A stretch of DNA of 34,380 nt. Origin: a virus. Lineage: Duplodnaviria; Caudoviricetes. A model generated the notes under the pieces. The model was not told where the DNA came from. It saw only the letters and a list, made by a program, of their open reading frames with translations, and did no database searches. Location of the stretch: IMG/VR virus record IMGVR_UViG_3300030099_003935, positions 1-34,380 of that record; one strand, written 5' to 3'. Shown here one piece after another: positions 18,401 through 26,234 of the stretch. A program made the position numbers and the translations under genes. Every line of letters begins with the position of its first letter. Within the stretch, counting starts at the first letter, position 1.

Positions 18401-19301
18401 CACCCTGCACATCTATCGGCTCGGCTAACTTTACACCACCCAGTTGTTCAATGCGCGTGCGCGCAGACCTGTCGCCGGGAACGCCGATGGCTGCGTTGCC
18501 AACCATCGACTCTGGTTGCACTATTTCTCGCTGACTAATATCTAATGGCGTGGCAATGGTTTCGCCTTTTACGTCTTGCGGCAACCTCCGTTTAAACTCG
18601 GGATTGCCGCGCATTTTTTCTCTGCGAATTGCAGCAGGATTTTCCTTTCCACCCTTTGCTAACCCTTCAGTTTTCTCAAATATTGACTTATCCCGCTTCT
18701 CCCGTACCGCATCTACCACTTCCGGATCATACCCGTATTCTTCAATCGCTGGTCGAGCAATTTTGTTTGCCTGTGCTTGCGTACCTGCTTCTGCTATCTC
18801 TTTTAGTAACCGCTCCCGCGTTTGTTTGCCCATACCCATAACCGGACCTGCCATACTTACCGCTGCACCGCCGGCCCCGAGTAACTTTAAAAGTTTTGCA
18901 AACGGGATTACATCTTCAAAGCCGGCTATCGCACCTAACCCTCGCTCTTTTACCGCTTCTTTAAGCCCTGTTCCCAAAGCACTTACGGTCCCGCTGACAT
19001 CTTCCGAGATTGCTTTTGCTGCTTTTGGCAATGTTTCTGGCAGGTCCATCAAACCGGCATACGTTTGCCGGCCTCGCAACTGACTTTCAAATTGCGGTGT
19101 GTTTGGTGGATATTGCGTCAACTCCGCTCCACGTTGTAAATCTTTTAAAAATTGCGCCGTCTCTAACGACGTCTGCGCTAAACCTTGCGGTGTTTTAGTA
19201 ATAAGCGCTTCTAATATTTCACGCGTCTCTGGGTCTAATTCTTGATACGCTCCCTGCCCAGCTCCGCTAAATGTTGGGGGATATGCTCTACTAATATTCA
19301 T
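15477..19301 (-). CDS. Large polyvalent protein: unknown domain + class I SAM methyltransferase + ADP-ribosyltransferase (ART-PolyVal-like)
   Basis: MTase motifs TLDYGAGLG, VVNLNVLNVV, MRPGG, TYQKGF (~16760-17290). ART motifs FHGT, GYFFS...ASNYA, NIMPVKL, GNDGAIF, YVVFDPAQIRS (~15850-16410). Confidence 0.8.
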   Translation of the reverse strand: MNISRAYPPTFSGAGQGAYQELDPETREILEALITKTPQGLAQTSLETAQFLKDLQRGAELTQYPPNTPQFESQLRGRQTYAGLMDLPETLPKAAKAISEDVSGTVSALGTGLKEAVKERGLGAIAGFEDVIPFAKLLKLLGAGGAAVSMAGPVMGMGKQTRERLLKEIAEAGTQAQANKIARPAIEEYGYDPEVVDAVREKRDKSIFEKTEGLAKGGKENPAAIRREKMRGNPEFKRRLPQDVKGETIATPLDISQREIVQPESMVGNAAIGVPGDRSARTRIEQLGGVKLAEPIDVQGGPTYGFGRDDFSWASNYGIARGKQNHVITASEATGLPVLGVYTAMGEGAVDFSTPVVELLMGQLNTIRVPAAARKKLDQKINEAIQTVNKQRIVEGVKKGRPTEVIEDSLLDDFLGIDHPEAMAQLLGIAGPSGKEYRRLGSGDLRKVVVQTIAREDMRGLGFPSYKDAAYQMTEPELRSVQRGDTGGAVLRMDPDATLRDPSAPPDAGHRSYDTGIPGQYQGVMEQVDIPAPIMFPKTFDKYRTLKTKEGNPMELHSQMGKFHMGADFEVLDQQWLDGVRGYMERKGITDMGGVPTLAFLLLGAGGLNAMASDDPEMQAAGGAMMGAAAMGGAPKFIKQAATGARNAKKLREQKLKEFEDFDYPDAEESIRTQITTTKPTYIKANQYLDDQQAVGKTLDYGAGLGFSKEMLGYDMFEPNTARGEALGVTYDYTDSKVIPDNQYERVVNLNVLNVVSPQVRDFIVEDIGRVMRPGGSAIITTRGRDVLNAKGTPGPEPMSLVTSTGTYQKGFTNPELKEYIETVLGEGYDVKSITLGAAGVYVKKKGNQPMTARGARSAELAAEQAQTGAIAGMGRPVGQATEAELVQQIEDNKQIFKDNFEKKKAGIITEEEWKSLLQPLREKDKYLRAQATAAKGREFGAGQAYDTLDEVEKARMDRAVEQGFNIDAFHGTKGDIESFDPGLLGATTDAPSARVGYFFSADPKTASNYAMIADIATLRPKTANRIDYLESELTKMADEFRRVEKTKGIAHTDPDFPDKRERLSSELHQLRESGKNIMPVKLRLTNPLEYDFQGKGYREVTYRDLLEQARMAGNDGAIFRNTRDGGGTTDIYVVFDPAQIRSRFATFDPESAPKTVTPDDIDKQKRIVASLERAVQKTDAENVRLNMEWEELSNEAYSKPNISEQEGNKLAELSAEIQRNDDYVQYLIGEIANVKAQANVRTEGTGDLLASVAPVLYPVGAGAAAAAYTANNE

Positions 19302-21415
19302 CAGCCCTGCGTCTGTGCTGAAATAACGTCGGATGTACGTTGTGCATTGGATTGCACTTGCGAAATTAGGTCAGGCTGGTTTTGCGCGGCCTGCGCTGCT
19401 GCAGCCGGCGCGCTCGGTCCGGTTTCGCCTTGCTGCGCTTGCTGGGCTGCTTGCTCGTGTTGCTGCATGTGCTGACCCATTGCCTGTTCGATCTGCGCAA
19501 TAAACTGTGCCGCCTGCGGGTTGGCGGGGTTTCCGGTCAGGTCAGTAGCTTGCGCTTGTTGGTTCAGTTGGATAAATGTGGGGTGCTCTCTGAATTGTGA
19601 GTGCACGCCCAGATGCGCGGCGTGGTCTTGCTGCGGCAACACCTCTACTTGTTCGTTGGTCATCACGCGGTCGTTTTCATATTGCGCCGCTCTTTCTGCC
19701 TCTACGTTTTCCTGATCCTGCAGCACGCGCTCTACGTCCTGCACGCCGTGCGCAATGGCGGCGAGCTTATCTACCTCAAGCTGGTCGTAGTTGGGACGAT
19801 TGCCGGCCCACGCCACAAACGCCATCGTGCGATCACGTTCAAGCTGTTCGTAAAGGGGTTGCGTTGAGCCTGTTTTCGTTTCAATGCGATACGAATACAA
19901 GAAGTCCGACGTCCTCAATGCTCGCACCACCCGTTGCTCCCCGTCTGGCGCAATGTTTTCCACAAACGATTCTGGGGTGTATCTTACATCGCCCATGATT
20001 TGAAACGCATTGCGCACTATTGTTTCGTAGAATGTGTTGACGGCTGTCTCCATCCAATTGCCGTTCACCTGCGCTGCGGCTGCAACAACTGCCGCTTCTG
20101 TTGCCGTCTCTGACTGGCCGGCTTGCGGGGGAGCGAGCGCAGCGATCTCGCGCTCCATGCCCATCATCATACTTGAGAAGTTGTATACATCAACAGGGAC
20201 ATTGCCCCAGTTAAGCTCGCGTATATTGTTAAGGTCTTCGACGCCTACAAATTCACCGTCGCGTCCTGTCCTCATCACTTCGCCTATTTCTGGATTGTTT
20301 TCAAGCTCACTGTTTCGGATTGCCGTCATACGTGACGTGCGCTTGAGTAGGTCTGAAACGCGACTGATTTGCTCTATGATGCTCGACTGTATGTCTTCTA
20401 AGTATTTGAGATGGCCTAACGGATAAAAACTTTCTTGCGCCAAATCAAACTTAATAGCCACAAATGGAAAGCCCTGCTCCACAAGCCAGCCGGCTGACTC
20501 TTCGCCGGCACTCAGATCCAACACAGGCTCTGTTGGCTCTCCTGTTACGTCGTCTATGTCAAACACTGGCTGCCCCAGCAAATCTGTTACTTGCGGGAAG
20601 GTCATCTTCCGAAACGGATGCGGCACATCCAGTATCGGCTGATCAACGCCCGGGACAAACATTAGCTCCCTGCGCTCCATTCGATTATGCCAGCGTTCAA
20701 CGCAAACAAAATCGCCGTTACTGATGGCCTCACGCAACGCTTGCTGCTCGTTGCTGTCGTATCGTTCACCCATTACCTCGCCATATCCCACTTCGTCATC
20801 ACGGGTCATTTGCGTCGGTTTTATTTGCTTTTTGTTTTGGATGCGTGGATCGTCAAGCAAATATTGTATGGGCGTCCAGAATTTCTCTCGGATGTAACGC
20901 TTATCGCCCAGCCGGTGCGGGCTGCCCGTAGGGTCCAGATGCACGTAACCGGGCGCTACGCGCTGGCAAACCACCATATCCTCTGCAAAGTCGTCGTTGG
21001 TCGTGTATGGCGCTATGAAGCCGTCACCGGGCGGGTTGTAGTCAAGGCGAATCCATCCGACTCCACAAAAGAGCGCGTCAAATATGGCTTGATGGACGTG
21101 ACTCTTTAGCGACGTGATTTCCATATAGCTGCTGGCAGCGCGCTCTAAAATAGGCGCTACGTCTGCGTTTATTTCGTCTTCTACATTAAAAGCCATGACG
21201 GGGTAATTGTGTGCTACGCTACCCAGTATCTGTCTAACAATGGGGTAAAACCGGCTGACCTTTACAACGTCCTCGGCGCGCAGGTCGCGGATCTTCTCGT
21301 CAAACTTGAGCTCGTATGAGTCGTACAACTTCTGCCAGCTCTCCTGCCGGTCTCGATATAAAGAGTCCAACATTTCACCTTCAGCTTTGTACCACGATAT
21401 CTCGTATTTGTTCAT
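19301..21415 (-). CDS. Portal protein
   Basis: 704 aa after TerL; DALFCGVGWI, HLDP, FPFV, YPLG and ETATEA motifs plus a Q-rich C-terminal barrel-like tail typical of P22-like portals. Confidence 0.88.
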   Translation of the reverse strand: MNKYEISWYKAEGEMLDSLYRDRQESWQKLYDSYELKFDEKIRDLRAEDVVKVSRFYPIVRQILGSVAHNYPVMAFNVEDEINADVAPILERAASSYMEITSLKSHVHQAIFDALFCGVGWIRLDYNPPGDGFIAPYTTNDDFAEDMVVCQRVAPGYVHLDPTGSPHRLGDKRYIREKFWTPIQYLLDDPRIQNKKQIKPTQMTRDDEVGYGEVMGERYDSNEQQALREAISNGDFVCVERWHNRMERRELMFVPGVDQPILDVPHPFRKMTFPQVTDLLGQPVFDIDDVTGEPTEPVLDLSAGEESAGWLVEQGFPFVAIKFDLAQESFYPLGHLKYLEDIQSSIIEQISRVSDLLKRTSRMTAIRNSELENNPEIGEVMRTGRDGEFVGVEDLNNIRELNWGNVPVDVYNFSSMMMGMEREIAALAPPQAGQSETATEAAVVAAAAQVNGNWMETAVNTFYETIVRNAFQIMGDVRYTPESFVENIAPDGEQRVVRALRTSDFLYSYRIETKTGSTQPLYEQLERDRTMAFVAWAGNRPNYDQLEVDKLAAIAHGVQDVERVLQDQENVEAERAAQYENDRVMTNEQVEVLPQQDHAAHLGVHSQFREHPTFIQLNQQAQATDLTGNPANPQAAQFIAQIEQAMGQHMQQHEQAAQQAQQGETGPSAPAAAAQAAQNQPDLISQVQSNAQRTSDVISAQTQG

Positions 21416-22797
21416 CCGTATCTACTCTCTATCAAATCGTCAGCGAGCTGGTCTATCAGCCGGCCACCGTCGTTGAGCGGTCTATCTTCGACCTTCCGCG
21501 CTTTGTAGACGTGGTTAATGCCATAGCGCAGCGCGTCAGCCCCGTGGTCGTCACCACTGCTTGCATCCTCTGGGTTGCGCGATTCGCGTTGCAGACTTAG
21601 TAGGCTATCGACTACGCGCTCTGTTGAACCTCGGAAAAACTTTAGCCGGCCAGCATAGAGCAAATTGGCAATGTTTCGCCATCCATTGACTCGGTCCATA
21701 TTTGCCTTTGATAATGGTAAGCCATGATCCCGGAACGTGTCAACCGGCGCGCGCGCTTGTGATACGTCACCCGGAGCACGCCGCGTCCACATATCGCCGG
21801 GCGCTAAAAGCAAACGCGGCTGCCGGCCATACGCGCCTCCAATAGAAGTGTACCTGCACTCGTCTATCATTGCCTCAATGCCACGCGCGTGCTCCGCTCC
21901 TGCTCCCGACGAGTAGTAACTGCTGACCACCCACACGTCATCGTCGTAGTCTACAGCCAGCAAGACCGCTGCGGTGGGGTTGTTTTCTCCATAGTCCATA
22001 GCCATAAACAAAGGCCAATTTTCTGGCACTTCAAACGGATCGACCAGCAAATCGCTACGCATTGCACTAAACATAGCGCCGAGGCTTACGTCCCAGTTGC
22101 CGTCCAAATATGCCGCTGTCAGCTCCGGGTCGCCCATCCCCATCAACCTGTTAGGGTAGTCTGGGTCTGCATCCAACAACGCACGATTGTCTTGCACGCG
22201 TGCGGGTATGAAGCAACGCACCATCTTTGACTCTTTGTCCTGCAGCGGCACATACCCGTCTGGGTATTTGTCAATTGCAAAATACCGCTTCACCTCGCCG
22301 TGACACTTCCCGCCGGGGTTGCCCGTAGCCCGTATTCTCTTATGCTGTGCCGGCCCGCGCAGGCGCGATTTCATCATTTGATACGGGCGCAGGCTGTCCC
22401 ATGTAGGCAGCTCGTCCCAGCCTATGTAAGCGTAGCTGTGGCCCATATACTTCATAAAGTCAGCGTCAGTATCCATGTGCCGCAGCCTTATCTCTGCACC
22501 GCCCGGGAAGCGCCACGTCCTTATGCCAACCTTGTACTCGCCGCCCATCGGTCCATATATTTCCATCGAACGGTGTATCAGCTCGTCCATGTCTGTAGTA
22601 TGCCGGCGAAATATTATGCCGACCCAATCGCTACCCTGCTCTACGTCCTGCACTGCGTCAGCCAGCAAAAAATCACTTTTTCCCCCGCCGGCTGCGCCGC
22701 CATAGAATAGCTCGTCTATCGCCTCTCCCGACATGATAGCCATTGCCTGCGGTCCCATCTGTGGGGACCACACAAACTCAGTCTGCCCAACTGTCAT
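21412..22797 (-). CDS. terL: Terminase large subunit
   Basis: Walker A GGAAGGGKS, Walker B IGWDE, ATGNP coupling motif, nuclease motifs AMDYG and DDHGADALRY. Confidence 0.96.
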   Translation of the reverse strand: MTVGQTEFVWSPQMGPQAMAIMSGEAIDELFYGGAAGGGKSDFLLADAVQDVEQGSDWVGIIFRRHTTDMDELIHRSMEIYGPMGGEYKVGIRTWRFPGGAEIRLRHMDTDADFMKYMGHSYAYIGWDELPTWDSLRPYQMMKSRLRGPAQHKRIRATGNPGGKCHGEVKRYFAIDKYPDGYVPLQDKESKMVRCFIPARVQDNRALLDADPDYPNRLMGMGDPELTAAYLDGNWDVSLGAMFSAMRSDLLVDPFEVPENWPLFMAMDYGENNPTAAVLLAVDYDDDVWVVSSYYSSGAGAEHARGIEAMIDECRYTSIGGAYGRQPRLLLAPGDMWTRRAPGDVSQARAPVDTFRDHGLPLSKANMDRVNGWRNIANLLYAGRLKFFRGSTERVVDSLLSLQRESRNPEDASSGDDHGADALRYGINHVYKARKVEDRPLNDGGRLIDQLADDLIESRYG

Positions 22798-23203
22798 CGA
22801 CTGTATCTACCAAACGATTCTTAAAGCCTACCCACTCGTCGACCGTTGCTGCTCGCGGCGGCTTGTCCATCTGCATACGTATCGGGCCGCCATCTATACC
22901 AGTTTGCTCACTGCGCTCTACATACCCGCGCCGCTTTCCTTGCGTTTTTAGATAGAAGAAAATGGCCGAGGGGTGACGTTCCCGGACCAACTCGTGCAGG
23001 CTCTGCTCTGCCACGTCGACCAGCGTCTCCCTGACCTCGTCGACCACTTCACTCAGCCCGTATCGCTCTATGCCGGCATACACCGTCTGCCGCACACAGT
23101 CTGCGTCGCGTGCTATTGCCGTCAGATTTCCATCGTGCTTGCGGATCAGCTCGGTCAACTGCTCTTTAGTAAATGCGCGTTTGTGCTTGTTTCTTTTTGT
23201 CAC
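22778..23203 (-). CDS. terS: Terminase small subunit
   Basis: N-terminal HTH (GNLTAIARDADCVRQTVY) and AIFFYLKTQGKRRGYVER; overlaps the terL start. Confidence 0.8.
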   Translation of the reverse strand: MTKRNKHKRAFTKEQLTELIRKHDGNLTAIARDADCVRQTVYAGIERYGLSEVVDEVRETLVDVAEQSLHELVRERHPSAIFFYLKTQGKRRGYVERSEQTGIDGGPIRMQMDKPPRAATVDEWVGFKNRLVDTVDDSWAD

Positions 23204-23206
23204 TGT

Positions 23207-23461
23207 CTAACCATCCAACTCAACTACAACCGGATTCTGTGCCATGCGACGCATATGTTCCCGCTCCGCTTTGGTAACAGGCCACGGTATATCTATGTAT
23301 ATACTTTCCTCAAGATCGGGCAGTATCACTATGGCAGCCCGGCATTTAGAGCCGTGCATCTGTATTTTCCCGCTCAAGATATCATCCCGCAACGACTGCA
23401 CCATTGTCTTTGCTGCCTCGTGCCGGCGTGATTCATACTCAGTCACTTTTATGCCCAACAT
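23207..23461 (-). CDS. Hypothetical protein (84 aa)
   Basis: GGGAG RBS; fills the gap in the late operon. Confidence 0.6.
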   Translation of the reverse strand: MLGIKVTEYESRRHEAAKTMVQSLRDDILSGKIQMHGSKCRAAIVILPDLEESIYIDIPWPVTKAEREHMRRMAQNPVVVELDG

Positions 23462-23469
23462 ATCGCTCC

Positions 23470-23643
23470 CTATGTGCGCTTTTTCTTCCTGCCTGCGGCC
23501 ATGTTATCAACCAAATTAGGGTACGGCCTGCCGGCTGCAGCGGCTCTTTTTTTGGCGTTGGCCTTCTGAGATTTTGTAAGCGGCTTGCTTTTCTTTTTAG
23601 GATTCTTACGCTCCCACACTGGCTTAGTTTTTTTCTTTGCCAC
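23470..23643 (-). CDS. Small highly basic protein (57 aa; absent from the ORF track)
   Basis: AAGGAG RBS + GTG; MAKKKTKPVWERKNPKKKSKPLTKSQKANAKKRAAAAGRPYPNLVDNMAAGRKKKRT. Confidence 0.8.
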   Translation of the reverse strand: MAKKKTKPVWERKNPKKKSKPLTKSQKANAKKRAAAAGRPYPNLVDNMAAGRKKKRT

Positions 23644-23655
23644 CTTGACTCCTTT

Positions 23656-24075
23656 TCAGTACGTCCACACCCACGGGCGTGGCTGACCTTGCGCGTCTGG
23701 CGCATCGTCTAAATGCAGAAACCTGCCGGCAGCGTCGCCCTGTTGAGAAACGCCTATGCCGCTGAAATGCATTGCCGTAGCCACTGACAACAGCATGTAG
23801 GCATCCAACCCACTAACCTGTATATCTGCTGCGATTCCGCGCGTATGGGTTCCAGTCTTGCCCGACTTACTGGCTTCAGCCGGGTGCTCTGGGCTGCGAT
23901 AGCCTGACGTTATGCGTACAGCTTTCCCGTACTCGTTTCTTAGCTTCTGCAATCTGTCAACAAATACGGGGTCTACGTGACATGTCCCTGTGTGCCGGCA
24001 CGCCATTTCCTTCCAACTAATATTCGGCCAACGCCCTCTGTCCCAGTTTTCCTCTGCGTATTCTATTTGTGACAT
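23656..24075 (-). CDS. Peptidase M15 (D-Ala-D-Ala Zn peptidase fold), putative endolysin
   Basis: ITSGYRSPEH, HTRGIAADI and FLHLD Zn-ligand motifs. Confidence 0.88.
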   Translation of the reverse strand: MSQIEYAEENWDRGRWPNISWKEMACRHTGTCHVDPVFVDRLQKLRNEYGKAVRITSGYRSPEHPAEASKSGKTGTHTRGIAADIQVSGLDAYMLLSVATAMHFSGIGVSQQGDAAGRFLHLDDAPDAQGQPRPWVWTY

Positions 24076-24155
24076 GTTTGCCCCTTATATAATATATTCA
24101 CTCTATTTGCTAAAAGAGCAACATAATATTATATATGGTCATCCGCAACGTACTC

Positions 24156-24374
24156 TTATTTAGCGTCTGCCGAGTATTGCAATATATCACCGGGCTGGCA
24201 CTTTAATACGCTGCATATCGCACTCACCAGCCTCAAGTTTGGGACGGTGTGTCCGTTAAGCCAACGACTAAACGACATGATGTCGACACCCGCTTTTAAG
24301 CATAGCTGCCGCTGGGATGGGATGTCGCGCTGGGCGCACAAAACATTGAACTCGCGTAATTTTAATGTAATCAT
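24156..24374 (-). CDS. Cro/CI-type (XRE) HTH transcriptional regulator
   Basis: SQRQLCLKAGVDIMSFSRWLNG...PNL...ICSVLKCQPGDIL. Confidence 0.88.
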   Translation of the reverse strand: MITLKLREFNVLCAQRDIPSQRQLCLKAGVDIMSFSRWLNGHTVPNLRLVSAICSVLKCQPGDILQYSADAK

Positions 24375-24380
24375 ACTATA

Positions 24381-24408
24381 ATAATACGATTTATTTACCT
24401 TTTGTCAA
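24381..24408 (-). promoter_or_regulatory. Sigma70-type promoter giving a probably leaderless XRE mRNA
   Basis: TTGACA-16 nt-TATTAT-6 nt-ATG, with no SD sequence. Confidence 0.7.
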
Positions 24409-24429
24409 TGCTTTTCTATCAATTAGAGC

Positions 24430-24473
24430 TTGCGCTTATATTATTTAGATCATATATTAAAGGGGTAATTGAT
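24430..24473 (+). promoter_or_regulatory. Early promoter 1 (divergent from XRE gene) with TAATTGAT box
   Basis: TTGCGC-17-TATATT then TAATTGAT (24466-24473); an inverted copy ATCAATTA lies at 24418-24425. Confidence 0.65.
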
Positions 24474-24602
24474 TAACACTTCACCCTTAGCCCGGATCGT
24501 AGCCTTGTCTAATATGCGCTGCAAGTTTATCATCCTAATTTACGTCGCATACTTTACTCATCTGGCTATCTCTGTGGCATCTAAACTCATGGAGGCACAC
24601 TA

Positions 24603-24803
24603 ATGGGTATGACGCAAGCATCCCCTCAACCCCATTGGAAATTATTTACTAATAATGGGCAGTGGCATAAAGCGTTCCGCTCTTGCTCAAATTGCAGTGG
24701 GTCTATGTCGCTTTGCGGCACTAAGGCTTTCTCGTATTATTACTGCAGAGATTGCGGCGACGCCATAGATACTAAACTCGTGGAGGCTGGCAATGCAGAG
24801 TAG
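24603..24803 (+). CDS. Small Zn-finger protein
   Basis: GGAGG RBS; CSNC...CRDC. Confidence 0.65.
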   Translation: MGMTQASPQPHWKLFTNNGQWHKAFRSCSNCSGSMSLCGTKAFSYYYCRDCGDAIDTKLVEAGNAE

Positions 24804-25476
24804 CCCTTCAACAGTGGAAATATCGCAAGCCCTTGCCCGGTTTCAGTCTACCTGCACGGGCGCTGTAAAGGACGGGACGAACCCACACTTTAAATCCAAA
24901 TACGTGTCCCTTGACGCAATCTGGAATGCCATACGCGAACCTCTTACAAAAAACGGTCTGTCTGTTACCCAGATGGGTGACTGGCAGGACGGGACTGAGC
25001 TGCTGGTTACAACGATCTGGCACGTCTCTGGTGAATGGATCAGCGGCGTGCAGCCAGTCACCTTAGATACGACAGGCCGACGCAACAGCAGTCAGGAGCA
25101 TGGGTCTGCTATGACCTATTTGCGGCGCTATGCTCTCGCTGCGGCGCTGGGCATCGCCTCGCAGGACGACGACGACGCAGAGTCTTCGGTTGCGCCAAAA
25201 AACAAAAAGGCTGCGCCAGAATCAAAAACGCCTTCTTCAGACTCTACCGACCCACGCGCAAATTATTTTGAAAAACGCGCAAATTTAGATAGCAGGGTTA
25301 TGGTTCAAAACTTTGTAGACCACGTATGCGCTATGGACCCACCCGGACACATCATCGGAGCTGCCTGCGAAGCTGTTAATGCGGACTCGTTAGAAACCGT
25401 CCCAGCAGACAAGCGCCGGGCAGTCATAGCAGACATTGAACGACTCATAGCTGACACGATTGGAGACAAAGCATGA
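24793..25476 (+). CDS. erf: ERF-family ssDNA-annealing recombinase
   Basis: KDGTNPHFKSKYVSLD, HVSGEWI, GSAMTYLRRYAL, DDDA. Confidence 0.93.
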   Translation: MQSSPSTVEISQALARFQSTCTGAVKDGTNPHFKSKYVSLDAIWNAIREPLTKNGLSVTQMGDWQDGTELLVTTIWHVSGEWISGVQPVTLDTTGRRNSSQEHGSAMTYLRRYALAAALGIASQDDDDAESSVAPKNKKAAPESKTPSSDSTDPRANYFEKRANLDSRVMVQNFVDHVCAMDPPGHIIGAACEAVNADSLETVPADKRRAVIADIERLIADTIGDKA

Positions 25477-25847
25477 ATGACGTACGCCTTGCCGGTAAAG
25501 TCGACCGTGCCCAGTATCGCACCGTCGGCGCTGATGATATACCCCTGCTGACGTGGACGACGGTCGTTGAACGCTCCTATACGGGCAGTGACGGACAGAC
25601 GAAGGTCAGCAGGCAGTATATCAAATGCTGCGCGTGGAGAAAGGTCGCAGAAGAAAATAAGAAGCTGCGCGATGACTTTCTCGTTACGTGCCGGGGGTCG
25701 ATTAACAACCGCAGCTACCAAAAAGACGACGGCTCTACGGCTTACATAACCGAGGTCGTCTGCACCGACGTCAACATGGAAAACCATGATAACGATCCGG
25801 TAGCCTACAACCCGGCTGCAGATTACGGAGACGACCTACCCTTCTAA
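25473..25847 (+). CDS. ssb: Single-stranded DNA-binding protein
   Basis: OB-fold motifs (MNDVRLAG, CCAW, GSINNRSY, TEVV) and acidic tail DDLPF. Confidence 0.92.
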   Translation: MNDVRLAGKVDRAQYRTVGADDIPLLTWTTVVERSYTGSDGQTKVSRQYIKCCAWRKVAEENKKLRDDFLVTCRGSINNRSYQKDDGSTAYITEVVCTDVNMENHDNDPVAYNPAADYGDDLPF

Positions 25848-25849
25848 CA

Positions 25850-26230
25850 AGTCGTGCGCCCGGAGCTGGGGCTCCCGGGAGCCTATAAGGGGATGCGATA
25901 GTCGCATTGGCCTCGGGCGCACGCACCAATCACAGAAGCCGTCCTGCTGACAATAGGGACTGCCTCTGGCAGACATAAGCGCAGTAAGGTTCCCGGAGCG
26001 CATCCGGGCAGGGGCAGCGCACACACAAACAGCCCAATGTCGCACGTAAGCGCGTCGCGTGATAATTGACGCGCATCCCGACGGGTGGACGTAGTCGAAC
26101 AGACAATCTCCACGGCAGCCGTCAAGCTGGCGAGATCGGCCAGAGCACAACGGATCGGATCACTGTAGATGATGGAACGGAATTGGTGATAGGGTTATCC
26201 CTAACAGGCAGAGGGCACACAGGGGGGAAT
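25850..26230 (+). ncRNA. Candidate large structured non-coding element (unknown class; possible replication origin/primer)
   Basis: Largest intergenic gap in the genome; at least 7 stems, including a perfect 10-bp pair 25853-62/25914-23; ends in G-rich GGCAGAGGGCACACAGGGGGG. Strand is inferred from operon context. Confidence 0.55.
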
Positions 26231-26234
26231 AAAG

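Noticed and set aside
23439-23705. ORF-track 88-aa minus ORF
   Set aside because: It overlaps both neighbours; the alternative frame 23470-23643 has a strong RBS and fits the gap exactly.
44-23712. Numerous plus-strand ORFs (e.g. 44-775, 1001-1366, 18550-19083, 22973-23431)
   Set aside because: They are antisense shadows of tightly packed minus-strand genes that have clear motifs; none has a recognisable domain.
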